DNA of 63,873 bases, filler included, from an uncultured bacterium (lineage in GTDB: Bacteria > UBA8481): the NCBI GenBank assembly GCA_964499705.1. It is 3 parts of 3 records of this genome, joined end to end, with 100 filler letters (N's around TTAATTAATTAA, not from the genome) between each part and the next. Parts side by side here need not be neighbours in the genome. Positions count along the whole stretch, not along the records: positions 1 to 25,992 come from CAZCME010000031.1; 2 more parts are not named here. One strand, given 5' to 3'. Position 1 is the first letter of the stretch; each line of letters starts with the position of its first letter. Under the pieces are notes generated by a model, which searched no databases, was not told the origin of the DNA, and worked only from the letters and a program-made list of their open reading frames with translations. The position numbers and the translations under genes were made by a program. Positions 9,012 through 17,477 of the stretch are shown piece after piece.

Positions 9012-9487
9012 TCCTCGCTCGATCCGGGAGATGTCCGCTCGATCCTGTCGCCCTCGCGGATCACGCCCTGCCGCAGGACGCGCGCGTAGACGCGGCTCCA
9101 GCCCGGATGTCGTTCGTGTGAAATCCGCATGAATTCACGGTTCTCGAAGCAAGACGCGATCGTTGTGCACGGCGTCGTATACCTCGTGACTTCCACTTCG
9201 AGCGATTCTCCCAGTTTCCATCGGGATCCCGGCGTCATCAGCGTCCAATCGACGCCGGCAAGCGTCAGGTTTTCTCCGAGCGAACCGGGCTCGACGGAAT
9301 GACCTTCAGCCCGGAGCATCTCGATTAGCTCAAGGGAATACATGCAGACGGCACGATCGGGTCCCCCGTGGATGCTCGGATGAGCGACCTCGTCTCCGAC
9401 GATCCCGTTCGCTTCGACAGAGGCTTCCGGGACCCGGAGCTTCGGCACTCCCCCGCTGGAGCGGCTGATCTGCGCGATCCGGCTCAT
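9008..9487 (-). CDS. MOSC domain protein
   Basis: GGVPK, HGGPDRAVC, GSLGENLT, PCTTI, YARVLRQGVIREGD; start at ATG 9487 overlapping the hflX stop. Confidence 0.88.
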   Translation of the reverse strand: MSRIAQISRSSGGVPKLRVPEASVEANGIVGDEVAHPSIHGGPDRAVCMYSLELIEMLRAEGHSVEPGSLGENLTLAGVDWTLMTPGSRWKLGESLEVEVTRYTTPCTTIASCFENREFMRISHERHPGWSRVYARVLRQGVIREGDRIERTSPGSSEE

Positions 9488-10560
9488 GATCCGACGGCCT
9501 GCGTCTCCATCCGGCGCTTCAGCATCCTGCGGATCGCGTCCCTGAAGAGATTCATTCCCGCGCCGGACTTCGCGGAAACCGGGATCCATTCGTCGATGGA
9601 CGGATTTCGTCGCCGGAGATCGAGCGAACGGACGAGGTCCGCCTTGTTGAGGAGCTTGATGACCGGCTTCTTCTCCGCGCCCATTTCCTCCAGGAATTTT
9701 TCCACCGTCGCGATCTGATCCTTCAACCCGGGATGGGACGCATCCGCGACGTGCACGAGAAAATCGGCGTCGAGCGCTTCCTCGATCGTGGACCGGAACG
9801 AAGCGGCGAGCTGGGGAGGAAACTTGCGGATGAATCCGACGGTATCCGTCAGGAGCACGTTGCCTCCTTCGAATTCAACGCGGCGGGTCGCGGCATCGAG
9901 CGTGGCGAAGAGCTTGTTCTCCGTGTAAAGCTTTGTTCCGGCGATGCGGTTGACGAGCGTGCTCTTGCCGACATTCGTGTACCCGACGACCGCGCCGACG
10001 GGGAACCCGAGCCGGTTGCTGCGCTGGACTGTACGGCGATCGCGGATCTCGGAGAGGCGTTTCTTCAGCGTCGTGATGCGCGACCTGACCTGGCGGCGAT
10101 CCACCTCGATCTGCCGCTCGCCCGCGCCGCCGCGGACTCCGATTCCTCCGCGCTGGCCTTCGAGATGCGACCAGAGGTGACGGAGCCGGGTGAGGCTGAA
10201 TTCGAGCTGAGCGAGCTCGACCTGGAGCTTGGCTTCGAATGTCCTCGCCTTGTGAGCGAAAATGTCGAGGATCAGCTCCGTTCGCGTGATGATCCTCGTG
10301 CCGATGATCTTCTCCAGGTTGCGGAGCTGCGCGGGGGAAAGCTCATCGTCGAAGATGACGAGGCCCGCGCTGTGCTGCTCCGCAAGGCCCTTGAGTTCCT
10401 GCGCCTTCCCCGCTCCGATCCACGTCGCGGCCTCCGGCGCCGGCCGCGACTGCACAATTCTCTCGACCACGGCGACATCGAGCGAATCCGCGAGCGCGAC
10501 AAGTTCATCCAGGTGATCGGTGACGTCCTTGGGGGAGATCTTCGGCAGGCGAAGAGCCAC
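9484..10560 (-). CDS. hflX: GTPase HflX
   Basis: LILDIFAHKARTFEAKLQVELAQL, GYTNVGKS, LFATLD, DTVGF, NKAD; follows hfq. Confidence 0.96.
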   Translation of the reverse strand: MALRLPKISPKDVTDHLDELVALADSLDVAVVERIVQSRPAPEAATWIGAGKAQELKGLAEQHSAGLVIFDDELSPAQLRNLEKIIGTRIITRTELILDIFAHKARTFEAKLQVELAQLEFSLTRLRHLWSHLEGQRGGIGVRGGAGERQIEVDRRQVRSRITTLKKRLSEIRDRRTVQRSNRLGFPVGAVVGYTNVGKSTLVNRIAGTKLYTENKLFATLDAATRRVEFEGGNVLLTDTVGFIRKFPPQLAASFRSTIEEALDADFLVHVADASHPGLKDQIATVEKFLEEMGAEKKPVIKLLNKADLVRSLDLRRRNPSIDEWIPVSAKSGAGMNLFRDAIRRMLKRRMETQAVGS

Positions 10561-10592
10561 AGCCAGGGCGCGCTGCGGCGATGGTGCGGAAG

Positions 10593-10838
10593 TCAGGCTT
10601 CCTCGGTCTCCGGTACGTGCAGGTCGACGGGGCGCGAGGGCTGGATCGTCGAGATAGCGTGCTTGAAAACCATGTGCTGCTTGCCGTCCACTTCGAAGAT
10701 GACGACGAAGGAATCGAACGCAATAACACGGCCTTTCAGGGGAACGCCGTTCATGAGATAGGCCGTAATCGGGATGCGCTCCTTGCGGAGCCGGTTGAGG
10801 TACAGGTCCTGCGTCTGCGTCGGTTTGGCTGTGGCCAT
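10593..10838 (-). CDS. hfq: RNA chaperone Hfq
   Basis: QDLYLNRLRKE..YLMNGVPLKG..FDSF..QHMVFKHAISTIQP; start ATG 10838. Confidence 0.95.
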   Translation of the reverse strand: MATAKPTQTQDLYLNRLRKERIPITAYLMNGVPLKGRVIAFDSFVVIFEVDGKQHMVFKHAISTIQPSRPVDLHVPETEEA

Positions 10839-10845
10839 CCGCGTG

Positions 10846-10874
10846 AGCTTAAAGAGGTTGGGAGAAAGTGGCAA
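10846..10874 (-). promoter_or_regulatory. sigma70-type promoter of hfq (probably leaderless)
   Basis: TTGCCA-17 nt-TAAGCT, 7 nt before the ATG, no SD. Confidence 0.6.
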
Positions 10875-10921
10875 GGGGATTTCGATCAATGCGGGTTAAA
10901 CTTCGCGACCGCGAACAGGCA

Positions 10922-11560
10922 TTAATCGAGGGAGAGTTTCTCGATCGCCTCCTGCAATCGCGTCCGGAGAATCCGGCAGGATTTCGCATCGGCGGCGAGA
11001 TCGTCCATCGCCAGGGGCGCGCCGATCCGCACATACACTTTTGCCGGGCGAATTTTTCCGCTCTTGGGCCAGGCGGCGAAGGATCCCCTGATGAAGGCGG
11101 GCACGAGCGGGACGCGGGCCTGCAACGCCATCATGGCGGCGCCCGCGTGAATCTTCCCGAGCGCTCCGGTTCGTGTGCGCGTGCCTTCAGGAAAAACGAC
11201 GAGACCATGGCCCGCCTTCAGGAGCGCGATCGTCAAGGCGAGCGCGTCGCGGTCGCCCTTGCCGCGTTCGACCGGGATCGCGCCGAGGCTCCTGATCAGC
11301 CTTGCGAACCACGGCCGCGCGAAAAGTTCGACCTTGGCGAGATAGGTCATCTGCCTCGGAGACGCGACCGCGAGGATGGGCGGATCGAAATACGAAGCAT
11401 GATTCGACGCTAGGATGAATCCACCTGTCGTGGGAACATGTTCACGGCCCGTAATTGCGCGCCGACCGAGGCCCAGGAGAAGTCGCGACGAGAGGCGCAC
11501 GATCTGCAGGCAGTAAAAGTAAAGCCCGTGCGGCAGGTCATGCGCGGGAGGAATCAGCAT
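10922..11560 (-). CDS. plsC: 1-acyl-sn-glycerol-3-phosphate acyltransferase
   Basis: NHASYFD (HX4D) and VFPEGTR; follows cmk. Confidence 0.9.
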   Translation of the reverse strand: MLIPPAHDLPHGLYFYCLQIVRLSSRLLLGLGRRAITGREHVPTTGGFILASNHASYFDPPILAVASPRQMTYLAKVELFARPWFARLIRSLGAIPVERGKGDRDALALTIALLKAGHGLVVFPEGTRTRTGALGKIHAGAAMMALQARVPLVPAFIRGSFAAWPKSGKIRPAKVYVRIGAPLAMDDLAADAKSCRILRTRLQEAIEKLSLD

Positions 11561-12240
11561 CGAAGAACGGCGGCGGCGATCTGATCGACGACTTCGTCGA
11601 TGGAGAGCGGCGCCGTGTCGATGACGGTCGCATCTTCGGCGGGCTTGAGGGGCGCGACCGGCCGCTCGCGGTCATCCTTGTCGCGCTTGACGATATCGGC
11701 CAGCACCCACTCGAATTCCTTCCGGCGGCCCGCCGCGGCCAGCTCTTCCAGCCGGCGCTTCGCGCGCACTTCCGGAGCGGCATCGATGAAGAACTTCCAG
11801 CGGGCGTCGGGAAAAACGACGGTGCCGATATCCCGGCCCTCCATGACGATGCCGCCACGCGACGAGTCGCCGTCGCCGACGGTGTTGCGGGCCATGGAAC
11901 GCTGCAGATCAAGGAGCAGTTCCCGCACGCGAGGATACGAGGAGACGCGCGGGACATCGCGCGTTACGCGACCCGATCGGATCTCCACGGTCACGTCCGC
12001 TCCATCGAGAAATACTTTTCCCTCGCGCAGCTCGATCTTCGCATCCGCGGCGGCACCGGAAACGGAGGCCTCGTCGTCGATGGAGACTCCCTTATTGAGA
12101 GCCAGGAGCGTCACGGCGCGGAACATCGCGCCGGTGTCGATGTGGGTGAATCGCAAGCGTTCCGCGACGCGCCGCGCGACCGTGCTCTTGCCGCTGCCGG
12201 CGGGACCGTCGATCGCGACAACCCTGACATGCTCCTTCAT
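11554..12240 (-). CDS. cmk: cytidylate kinase
   Basis: AIDGPAGSGKST, DTGAMFR, EGRDIGTVVFPDA. Confidence 0.96.
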   Translation of the reverse strand: MKEHVRVVAIDGPAGSGKSTVARRVAERLRFTHIDTGAMFRAVTLLALNKGVSIDDEASVSGAAADAKIELREGKVFLDGADVTVEIRSGRVTRDVPRVSSYPRVRELLLDLQRSMARNTVGDGDSSRGGIVMEGRDIGTVVFPDARWKFFIDAAPEVRAKRRLEELAAAGRRKEFEWVLADIVKRDKDDRERPVAPLKPAEDATVIDTAPLSIDEVVDQIAAAVLRC

Positions 12241-12243
12241 CGT

Positions 12244-13536
12244 CTAGAACTCCGCGATTTCCGCGCCGAGAGAACACATAAGCCGGACAAAACCCGGAAA
12301 GGATGTCTCCACGCATTCGACATTCTCTACGACGACGCCGTCACGCGACAGGAGCCCGGCGACCGCGGCGGTCATCGCAATGCGGTGATCGCCCCGCGAC
12401 TGGACGCGACCGCCCCGGACGGATTGACGGCCGGGGATGATGAGACCGTCGGGAGTCGGCTTCGCGGTCAGACCGATGGAGGCGAATTCGCCGACAATCG
12501 CGTCGATCCTGTCCGTCTCCTTCACACGGAGTTCCGCGGCATCGCGCACGATGCTCTCGTCGGTATCCGCGAGCGCGGCGGCCAGGGACAGGACCGGAAT
12601 CTCGTCGATGAGGCGGGGAATATCGTCGCCCGCGATCGTCAGGGCTCCCCACTTCGCGCGAGCAACCTGAAGATCCGCGCGAGGTTCCCCGGATTCCACG
12701 CGGGGCGACCCGCATTCGAGCCGCGCGCCGGCCGAATTCATGACATCGAGAATTCCCGTGCGGAGCGGATTGACTCCGACATTCTCGATCGTCACATCCG
12801 CTTCGCGCGCCGCCATCGCGGCGACGAGAAAGAACGCGGCGGAAGAGATGTCTCCCGGCACATCGACCGGACGGCTGCGCAGAGTGGCGCCGCCTTCCAC
12901 GGCGACGATCCTGCCGGAATTTTCCTCCGTGACCGGACATCCGAAATGCCGGAGCATCCGCTCCGTATGGTCCCGGGAAGCCGCCGGCATCCGGACCGTC
13001 GTCCGGCCGGTCGCGGCGAGTCCGGCCAGGAGCAGCGCCGATTTCACCTGGGCGGACGCCACATCGATCGTGATGTCGCGCCCCTGCAGCCGGCGGCCCG
13101 AAACTTTCACCGGAGGCTTGTTCGCCGTCGTCTCGATCGAAGCTCCCATCGTCCTCAGATGCTTCGCCACGCGTTCCATCGGGCGCCGACGTAGGGATTC
13201 ATCGCCGTCGAGGATCACGTCAGGCGCACTTCCTCCATCCGGTCCTCGCCACGAGGATAGCGCTCCCATCATGAGCCGCATCGTCGTGCCTGAATTGCCG
13301 CAATCGCAGAGAATCGGGCCGGACTCATCCGCGTGCGATGCTCCGAGTGTCGCCCGGACGACCCGCCGAGTCGCGATGACATCCTCCGACTCGAGAAGCC
13401 CCGTGATGCCGGAACCTTCCCGGTTGCCGGCGAGCGCGTTCAGCATGATCGCGCGGTGTGAAATCGATTTGTCTCCGGGAACGCGGATCGTTCCACGCAG
13501 CGGCCCGTTCAGCGGCGAGACGCGCCATGACTTCAC
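12244..13536 (-). CDS. aroA: 3-phosphoshikimate 1-carboxyvinyltransferase (class II EPSPS)
   Basis: PGDKSISHR, GNSGTTMRL, ASAQVKS, RDHTERML, ELRVKETDRI, DHRIAM. Confidence 0.96.
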   Translation of the reverse strand: MKSWRVSPLNGPLRGTIRVPGDKSISHRAIMLNALAGNREGSGITGLLESEDVIATRRVVRATLGASHADESGPILCDCGNSGTTMRLMMGALSSWRGPDGGSAPDVILDGDESLRRRPMERVAKHLRTMGASIETTANKPPVKVSGRRLQGRDITIDVASAQVKSALLLAGLAATGRTTVRMPAASRDHTERMLRHFGCPVTEENSGRIVAVEGGATLRSRPVDVPGDISSAAFFLVAAMAAREADVTIENVGVNPLRTGILDVMNSAGARLECGSPRVESGEPRADLQVARAKWGALTIAGDDIPRLIDEIPVLSLAAALADTDESIVRDAAELRVKETDRIDAIVGEFASIGLTAKPTPDGLIIPGRQSVRGGRVQSRGDHRIAMTAAVAGLLSRDGVVVENVECVETSFPGFVRLMCSLGAEIAEF

Positions 13537-13591
13537 GCGAATGAGCCTCCGGCCAGTCCGTCAATTTTTGCCTTTCGATTTCCCATCGTCC

Positions 13592-14686
13592 TCAGCCCTT
13601 CATGCGGATCGTGTAGCCGGCGGAAGTCAAGGCGCGTGCCGCCCTGTCGCGGGCGTTCACGGTATCGAAGAGAAGGCGCAGTGGAGCCTCATCGTCGGAT
13701 CCTCGGACGTGCGCGATCTCGATATCGGCGATGTTGACGTCCTGCCGAGCCAGGACTCCGGTCACTTCCGCGATGGCTCCGGGCTTGTCGGCCAGTTCCA
13801 CGAAAAGGTCGATGATGGAGGGAAGAAGGCCGACGCCCTTCGGCGGAACGGCGTCACGCGATTTCTTGGCGGAGGTGAAGAAGGATTCGATGGCCTTCTC
13901 GTCATTCCGGTTCAACGCGATCCGGAATTCCGCGAGGCTCTTGTGCATCTCGTCGAGCGCGTCGAGGAGCGCCTTCCGGTTTGTGAGGCAGATATCCCGC
14001 CAAAGCCCGGGATTCGACGAGGCGATCCGCGTCGTATCGCGGAAGCCTCCGGCCGCGAGGTCCGTCGTCCGGCTGTCGCGTTTCGCGCGGGCGGCGACGG
14101 TGTTCACCAGTAGCGCCGCCGCCACATGCGGCATGTGGCTGATGGAAGCGACCACGCGATCGTGCGCATCCGCGGGCAGGACGACGGGTTGCGCTCCGAC
14201 CTGCCGCCAGAGTTCCTTCACGCGTTCCAGGGCTTCCTCGTCGGACGAAGTCGACGGCGTGACGATGACAACGGCCTGTTCGTAGAGGGCCGGATCGGCC
14301 GCGTCGATCCCATCCCGCTCCGATCCCGCCATCGGATGCGAACCGACGAAGCGCACGCCCTTCGGCAATCGCCGGGCCGCTTCCGCGATGATCCATTCCT
14401 TTGTCGAGCCGACATCCGTCACGATGGCGCCGGGCTTCAGGGATTGCGCGATCGCCGTCATCTGCTCGGGAATGGTTCTGACCGGCGCGCACAGGACGAC
14501 GATATCCGCGTCCCGGACGGCCTCCGCCGGATCCAGCGACCAGGAATCGATCGCGCCGCGTTCCTGCGCCCGCCTGAGCGTTTTCTCGGTACGGCCGAAC
14601 GCCGCGACGCGCGGAGGCGAAGGCAGCGCCTTCAACCGGAGACCGAGCGAGCCGCCCATCAGGCCGACCCCCCCGAGCGCGATCAT
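13592..14686 (-). CDS. tyrA: prephenate dehydrogenase with C-terminal ACT domain
   Basis: GVGLMGGS, TDVGSTK, HPMAGSE, SHMPH, GFRDTTRIA; C-terminal DKPGAIAEV. Confidence 0.93.
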   Translation of the reverse strand: MIALGGVGLMGGSLGLRLKALPSPPRVAAFGRTEKTLRRAQERGAIDSWSLDPAEAVRDADIVVLCAPVRTIPEQMTAIAQSLKPGAIVTDVGSTKEWIIAEAARRLPKGVRFVGSHPMAGSERDGIDAADPALYEQAVVIVTPSTSSDEEALERVKELWRQVGAQPVVLPADAHDRVVASISHMPHVAAALLVNTVAARAKRDSRTTDLAAGGFRDTTRIASSNPGLWRDICLTNRKALLDALDEMHKSLAEFRIALNRNDEKAIESFFTSAKKSRDAVPPKGVGLLPSIIDLFVELADKPGAIAEVTGVLARQDVNIADIEIAHVRGSDDEAPLRLLFDTVNARDRAARALTSAGYTIRMKG

Positions 14687-14690
14687 AATA

Positions 14691-14750
14691 TGGGGACAGT
14701 ATACCTATTTTCCGTGAAATATTTCACGGAAAATAGGTATACTGTCCCCA
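14691..14750. repeat. perfect 60-bp palindrome with GGGGACA...TGTCCCC ends (REP/MITE-like)
   Basis: TGGGGACAGTATACCTATTTTCCGTGAAAT followed directly by its exact reverse complement. Confidence 0.95.
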
Positions 14751-14757
14751 CATTTCC

Positions 14758-15792
14758 TCACATGACTTTCCCGGCGAGGCTCACGTAGGGACGAATATCG
14801 TTCATGCATTTCTCGAAGCGAGGAGCGTTCAGGCACTGGGGGCCGTCGGACATGGCCTGCTCGGGATCGAGATGGATCTCGATCATGAGACCGTCGCAGC
14901 CGGCGGCCACGCCGGCCTTGGCGAGCGTCGTGATGTGCTTCGACTTGCCCAGCGCGTGGGACGGATCGAAGATGATCGGGAGATGGGAAAGCTCCTGGCA
15001 GACGGGGATCGCCGAAATATCCGCCGTGTTCCGGTAGGCCTTCTCGAAAGTCCGGATGCCGCGCTCGCAGAGGATGACGTCGTTGTTGCCGCCGGCGAGC
15101 ACATATTCCGCGGAGAGCAGAAGATCCTCCACGGTCGCGGACATGCCGCGCTTCAAAAGAACCGGCCTGCGGACCATGCCGACCTCGCGGAGCAAATTAA
15201 AGTTCTGCATGTTGCGGGCTCCGATCTGCAGGACATCCGCCTCCTGTGCGACGAGCTCGACGTCCCTTGTGTCCATCACCTCGGTCACAATCGGCAGCCC
15301 GGACTCCCGCCGCGCGGTCGCGAGCATCTTCAATCCTTCCGGGCCGTGCCCCTGGAAACTGTACGGAGAGGTGCGCGGCTTGTAAGCTCCGCCCCGCAAC
15401 GCGTGCGCTCCGGCTTTCTTCGCGGCTAGCGCGGTCGCGACGATCTGCTCCTCGCTCTCCACGGAACACGGTCCCGCGATGACGGCGAAGCGGCCGCCGC
15501 CGATGAAGGCGGACGCGGCGTCATCGCGACCCTTCCCCATCTCCACGATCGTGGAATCCGGATGGAATTCGCGCGAAACGCGCTTGAAGGGTTTCGTGAC
15601 CTGCATGACGTTCTCGACGCCGCCGAAGATCTCCAGGGGGATCGTGTTGACGAGCGAATCGTCGCCGATGACACCGATGACGGTCCGTTCCTTGCCGACC
15701 GAGATGTTGACGTCCAGCCCTTTCGAACGGACGACGTCGACGATGTGCCTGCGATCCTGCTCCGTGGCTTCCGGAGCCATTACGATGATCAT
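14758..15792 (-). CDS. aroF: DAHP synthase (type I-beta, N-terminal regulatory domain)
   Basis: IAGPCSVE, RGGAYKPRTSPYSFQG, QIGARNMQNF, LCERGIRTF, DPSH. Confidence 0.95.
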   Translation of the reverse strand: MIIVMAPEATEQDRRHIVDVVRSKGLDVNISVGKERTVIGVIGDDSLVNTIPLEIFGGVENVMQVTKPFKRVSREFHPDSTIVEMGKGRDDAASAFIGGGRFAVIAGPCSVESEEQIVATALAAKKAGAHALRGGAYKPRTSPYSFQGHGPEGLKMLATARRESGLPIVTEVMDTRDVELVAQEADVLQIGARNMQNFNLLREVGMVRRPVLLKRGMSATVEDLLLSAEYVLAGGNNDVILCERGIRTFEKAYRNTADISAIPVCQELSHLPIIFDPSHALGKSKHITTLAKAGVAAGCDGLMIEIHLDPEQAMSDGPQCLNAPRFEKCMNDIRPYVSLAGKVM

Positions 15793-15883
15793 GAGTTCCT
15801 GTCCTTTACGGGGAAAATATTTTCCGTATCATAGGCCGGCGAACCAAAAAAGCAAGATTTGGTCGGGACAAGGGAGGTGCGCG

Positions 15884-17401
15884 ATGACGAATCCATTGGA
15901 GAGTCTTTCCACCTTGAGGCGCGTCGCGCACGACAAGGGATGGTTCAGGGACAAGTCCGTCGTGTACCAGGGCCTCGGTCCGCTCGGCGCGCACATGTTC
16001 TCACATTTTCTTCCCGTCGCCGCGATCATCGCCGAATACTACGGGGAGGAAGTTCCCCGGCACATCGAGGAGGCGTGGGGAGCGCCGGTCTTTTCTTATG
16101 AGAAATACAAGCGCGTCCGTCATGGCTCGTCCTCGCTCTTCATCAATCATTTCTACCAGGACCACGGAGAGGAAATCCTGAAAAGCCTATCGAAGGTCGA
16201 CGGAGATCTCCTCGTCGTCCCGTTCGCGCCTACGGGTCCGCTCCTCGATTTCCTCTTCAAGAAGGTGAAGCGCGCCCACTATTTCCAGAACACGCTTGTG
16301 ACGCAGAACTTCTTCGAGGACAAGACGATGCTCGCGTGGAAAGCCGACGAGATCGGCATCCCGATGCCGCCGCGCGCCGTTCTCTCCCAGTTCATCTCCC
16401 TCGCCTTCCGCGAGCTTGCCGACCAGTATCCGCAGGGTTTCGTCATCCAGATTCCTCATTCCCAGCACGGCGGCGGAACGGATTTCGTCTTCAACGAGGA
16501 TGACTTCATGCGCGTCCTGCACGAGAAGAAGAAGATGCTCGGGAAATCCTTCGAGCGCACGCAGGTCAAGATCACGCCCTACCTTTCCGGCCCCAGCCTG
16601 AACTGCACGGGCTGCGTCGTGAACGGGGCGGTGGCGCTCTCCCCTCCCGACATCCAGATCGTCGGCGACCCCGCGCTCGTCCCGAATCCCGCGATGTACA
16701 TCGGTTCCGACTTCTCGCGCCAGGGCCTGACGCCAGCGGAACGGCACGAGGTTCTCGACATCACGGAGCGGATCGGCCAGTGGCTCGGATCGAACGGCTA
16801 CCGCGGCAACTTCGGCGTGGATTTCCTGACGACGGTCGACGCAAACCTGAACCTGAAGGACATCTACGTCAGCGAAGTGAACGCGCGCCTCGTGGGCGAA
16901 TCGCAGTACATGGCCGACTTCGAAGCGATGAACGACATTGTCCCGCTCATCTTCTTCCACCTCGCCGAATATCTCGAACTCGACATCTCCCCGGAACATA
17001 TCTCCGAATACAACCGCAACCTGCCCGATGTGAAAGGCTCCGCGATCATCATCTATACGAACGAAAAGGGATGCCACCAGGCCAAGGGAGGCCTCACATC
17101 CGGTGTCTACCGGATCGATAACGGCGCGCTGACGAAAGTGCGCGAAGGCTGGACGCTCTCGGACACGCAGAGTGACGACGAGATCGTCCTGACGAACGGC
17201 GTTCCGTGGGGCGATCTCGTCATCGGCCACCCCCGCTACGGCGACGAATGCATCCCGCTCCTCTACATCATGACCCGGAAGTCGATCGTGGATCAGAAGA
17301 ACTGGAAGGTGGTCTCCGAGGAGTGGCGCAACAACATTCAGTTGGTCCGCGACGCCGTGAAGCTCGAGAAGTGCGAATATCGTTCGCTCCTGGAAGGATA
17401 A
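15884..17401 (+). CDS. ATP-grasp fold protein of unknown specificity
   Basis: GGGAGG RBS then ATG 15884; GYRGNFGVDFL...YVSEVNARLVG ATP-grasp C-terminal motif; HGGGTDFV loop. Confidence 0.78.
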   Translation: MTNPLESLSTLRRVAHDKGWFRDKSVVYQGLGPLGAHMFSHFLPVAAIIAEYYGEEVPRHIEEAWGAPVFSYEKYKRVRHGSSSLFINHFYQDHGEEILKSLSKVDGDLLVVPFAPTGPLLDFLFKKVKRAHYFQNTLVTQNFFEDKTMLAWKADEIGIPMPPRAVLSQFISLAFRELADQYPQGFVIQIPHSQHGGGTDFVFNEDDFMRVLHEKKKMLGKSFERTQVKITPYLSGPSLNCTGCVVNGAVALSPPDIQIVGDPALVPNPAMYIGSDFSRQGLTPAERHEVLDITERIGQWLGSNGYRGNFGVDFLTTVDANLNLKDIYVSEVNARLVGESQYMADFEAMNDIVPLIFFHLAEYLELDISPEHISEYNRNLPDVKGSAIIIYTNEKGCHQAKGGLTSGVYRIDNGALTKVREGWTLSDTQSDDEIVLTNGVPWGDLVIGHPRYGDECIPLLYIMTRKSIVDQKNWKVVSEEWRNNIQLVRDAVKLEKCEYRSLLEG

Positions 17402-17477
17402 AGAATATCGTCGCCATCAGATTCAGGATTGTATTGGATTTTTGGATTTAGGAATTCATCAGGATTTAGGATTACCA

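Noticed and set aside
8481-10838. hfq-hflX-MOSC-macro domain operon as a new system
   Set aside because: hfq-hflX linkage is classic and the downstream genes are common housekeeping families; nothing indicates a functional unit
11455-13194. Long plus-strand ORF (579 aa), and similar ones at 20472-22352, 55044-57527 and 57696-58991
   Set aside because: Antisense shadows of well-supported genes in GC-rich DNA; no recognisable motifs
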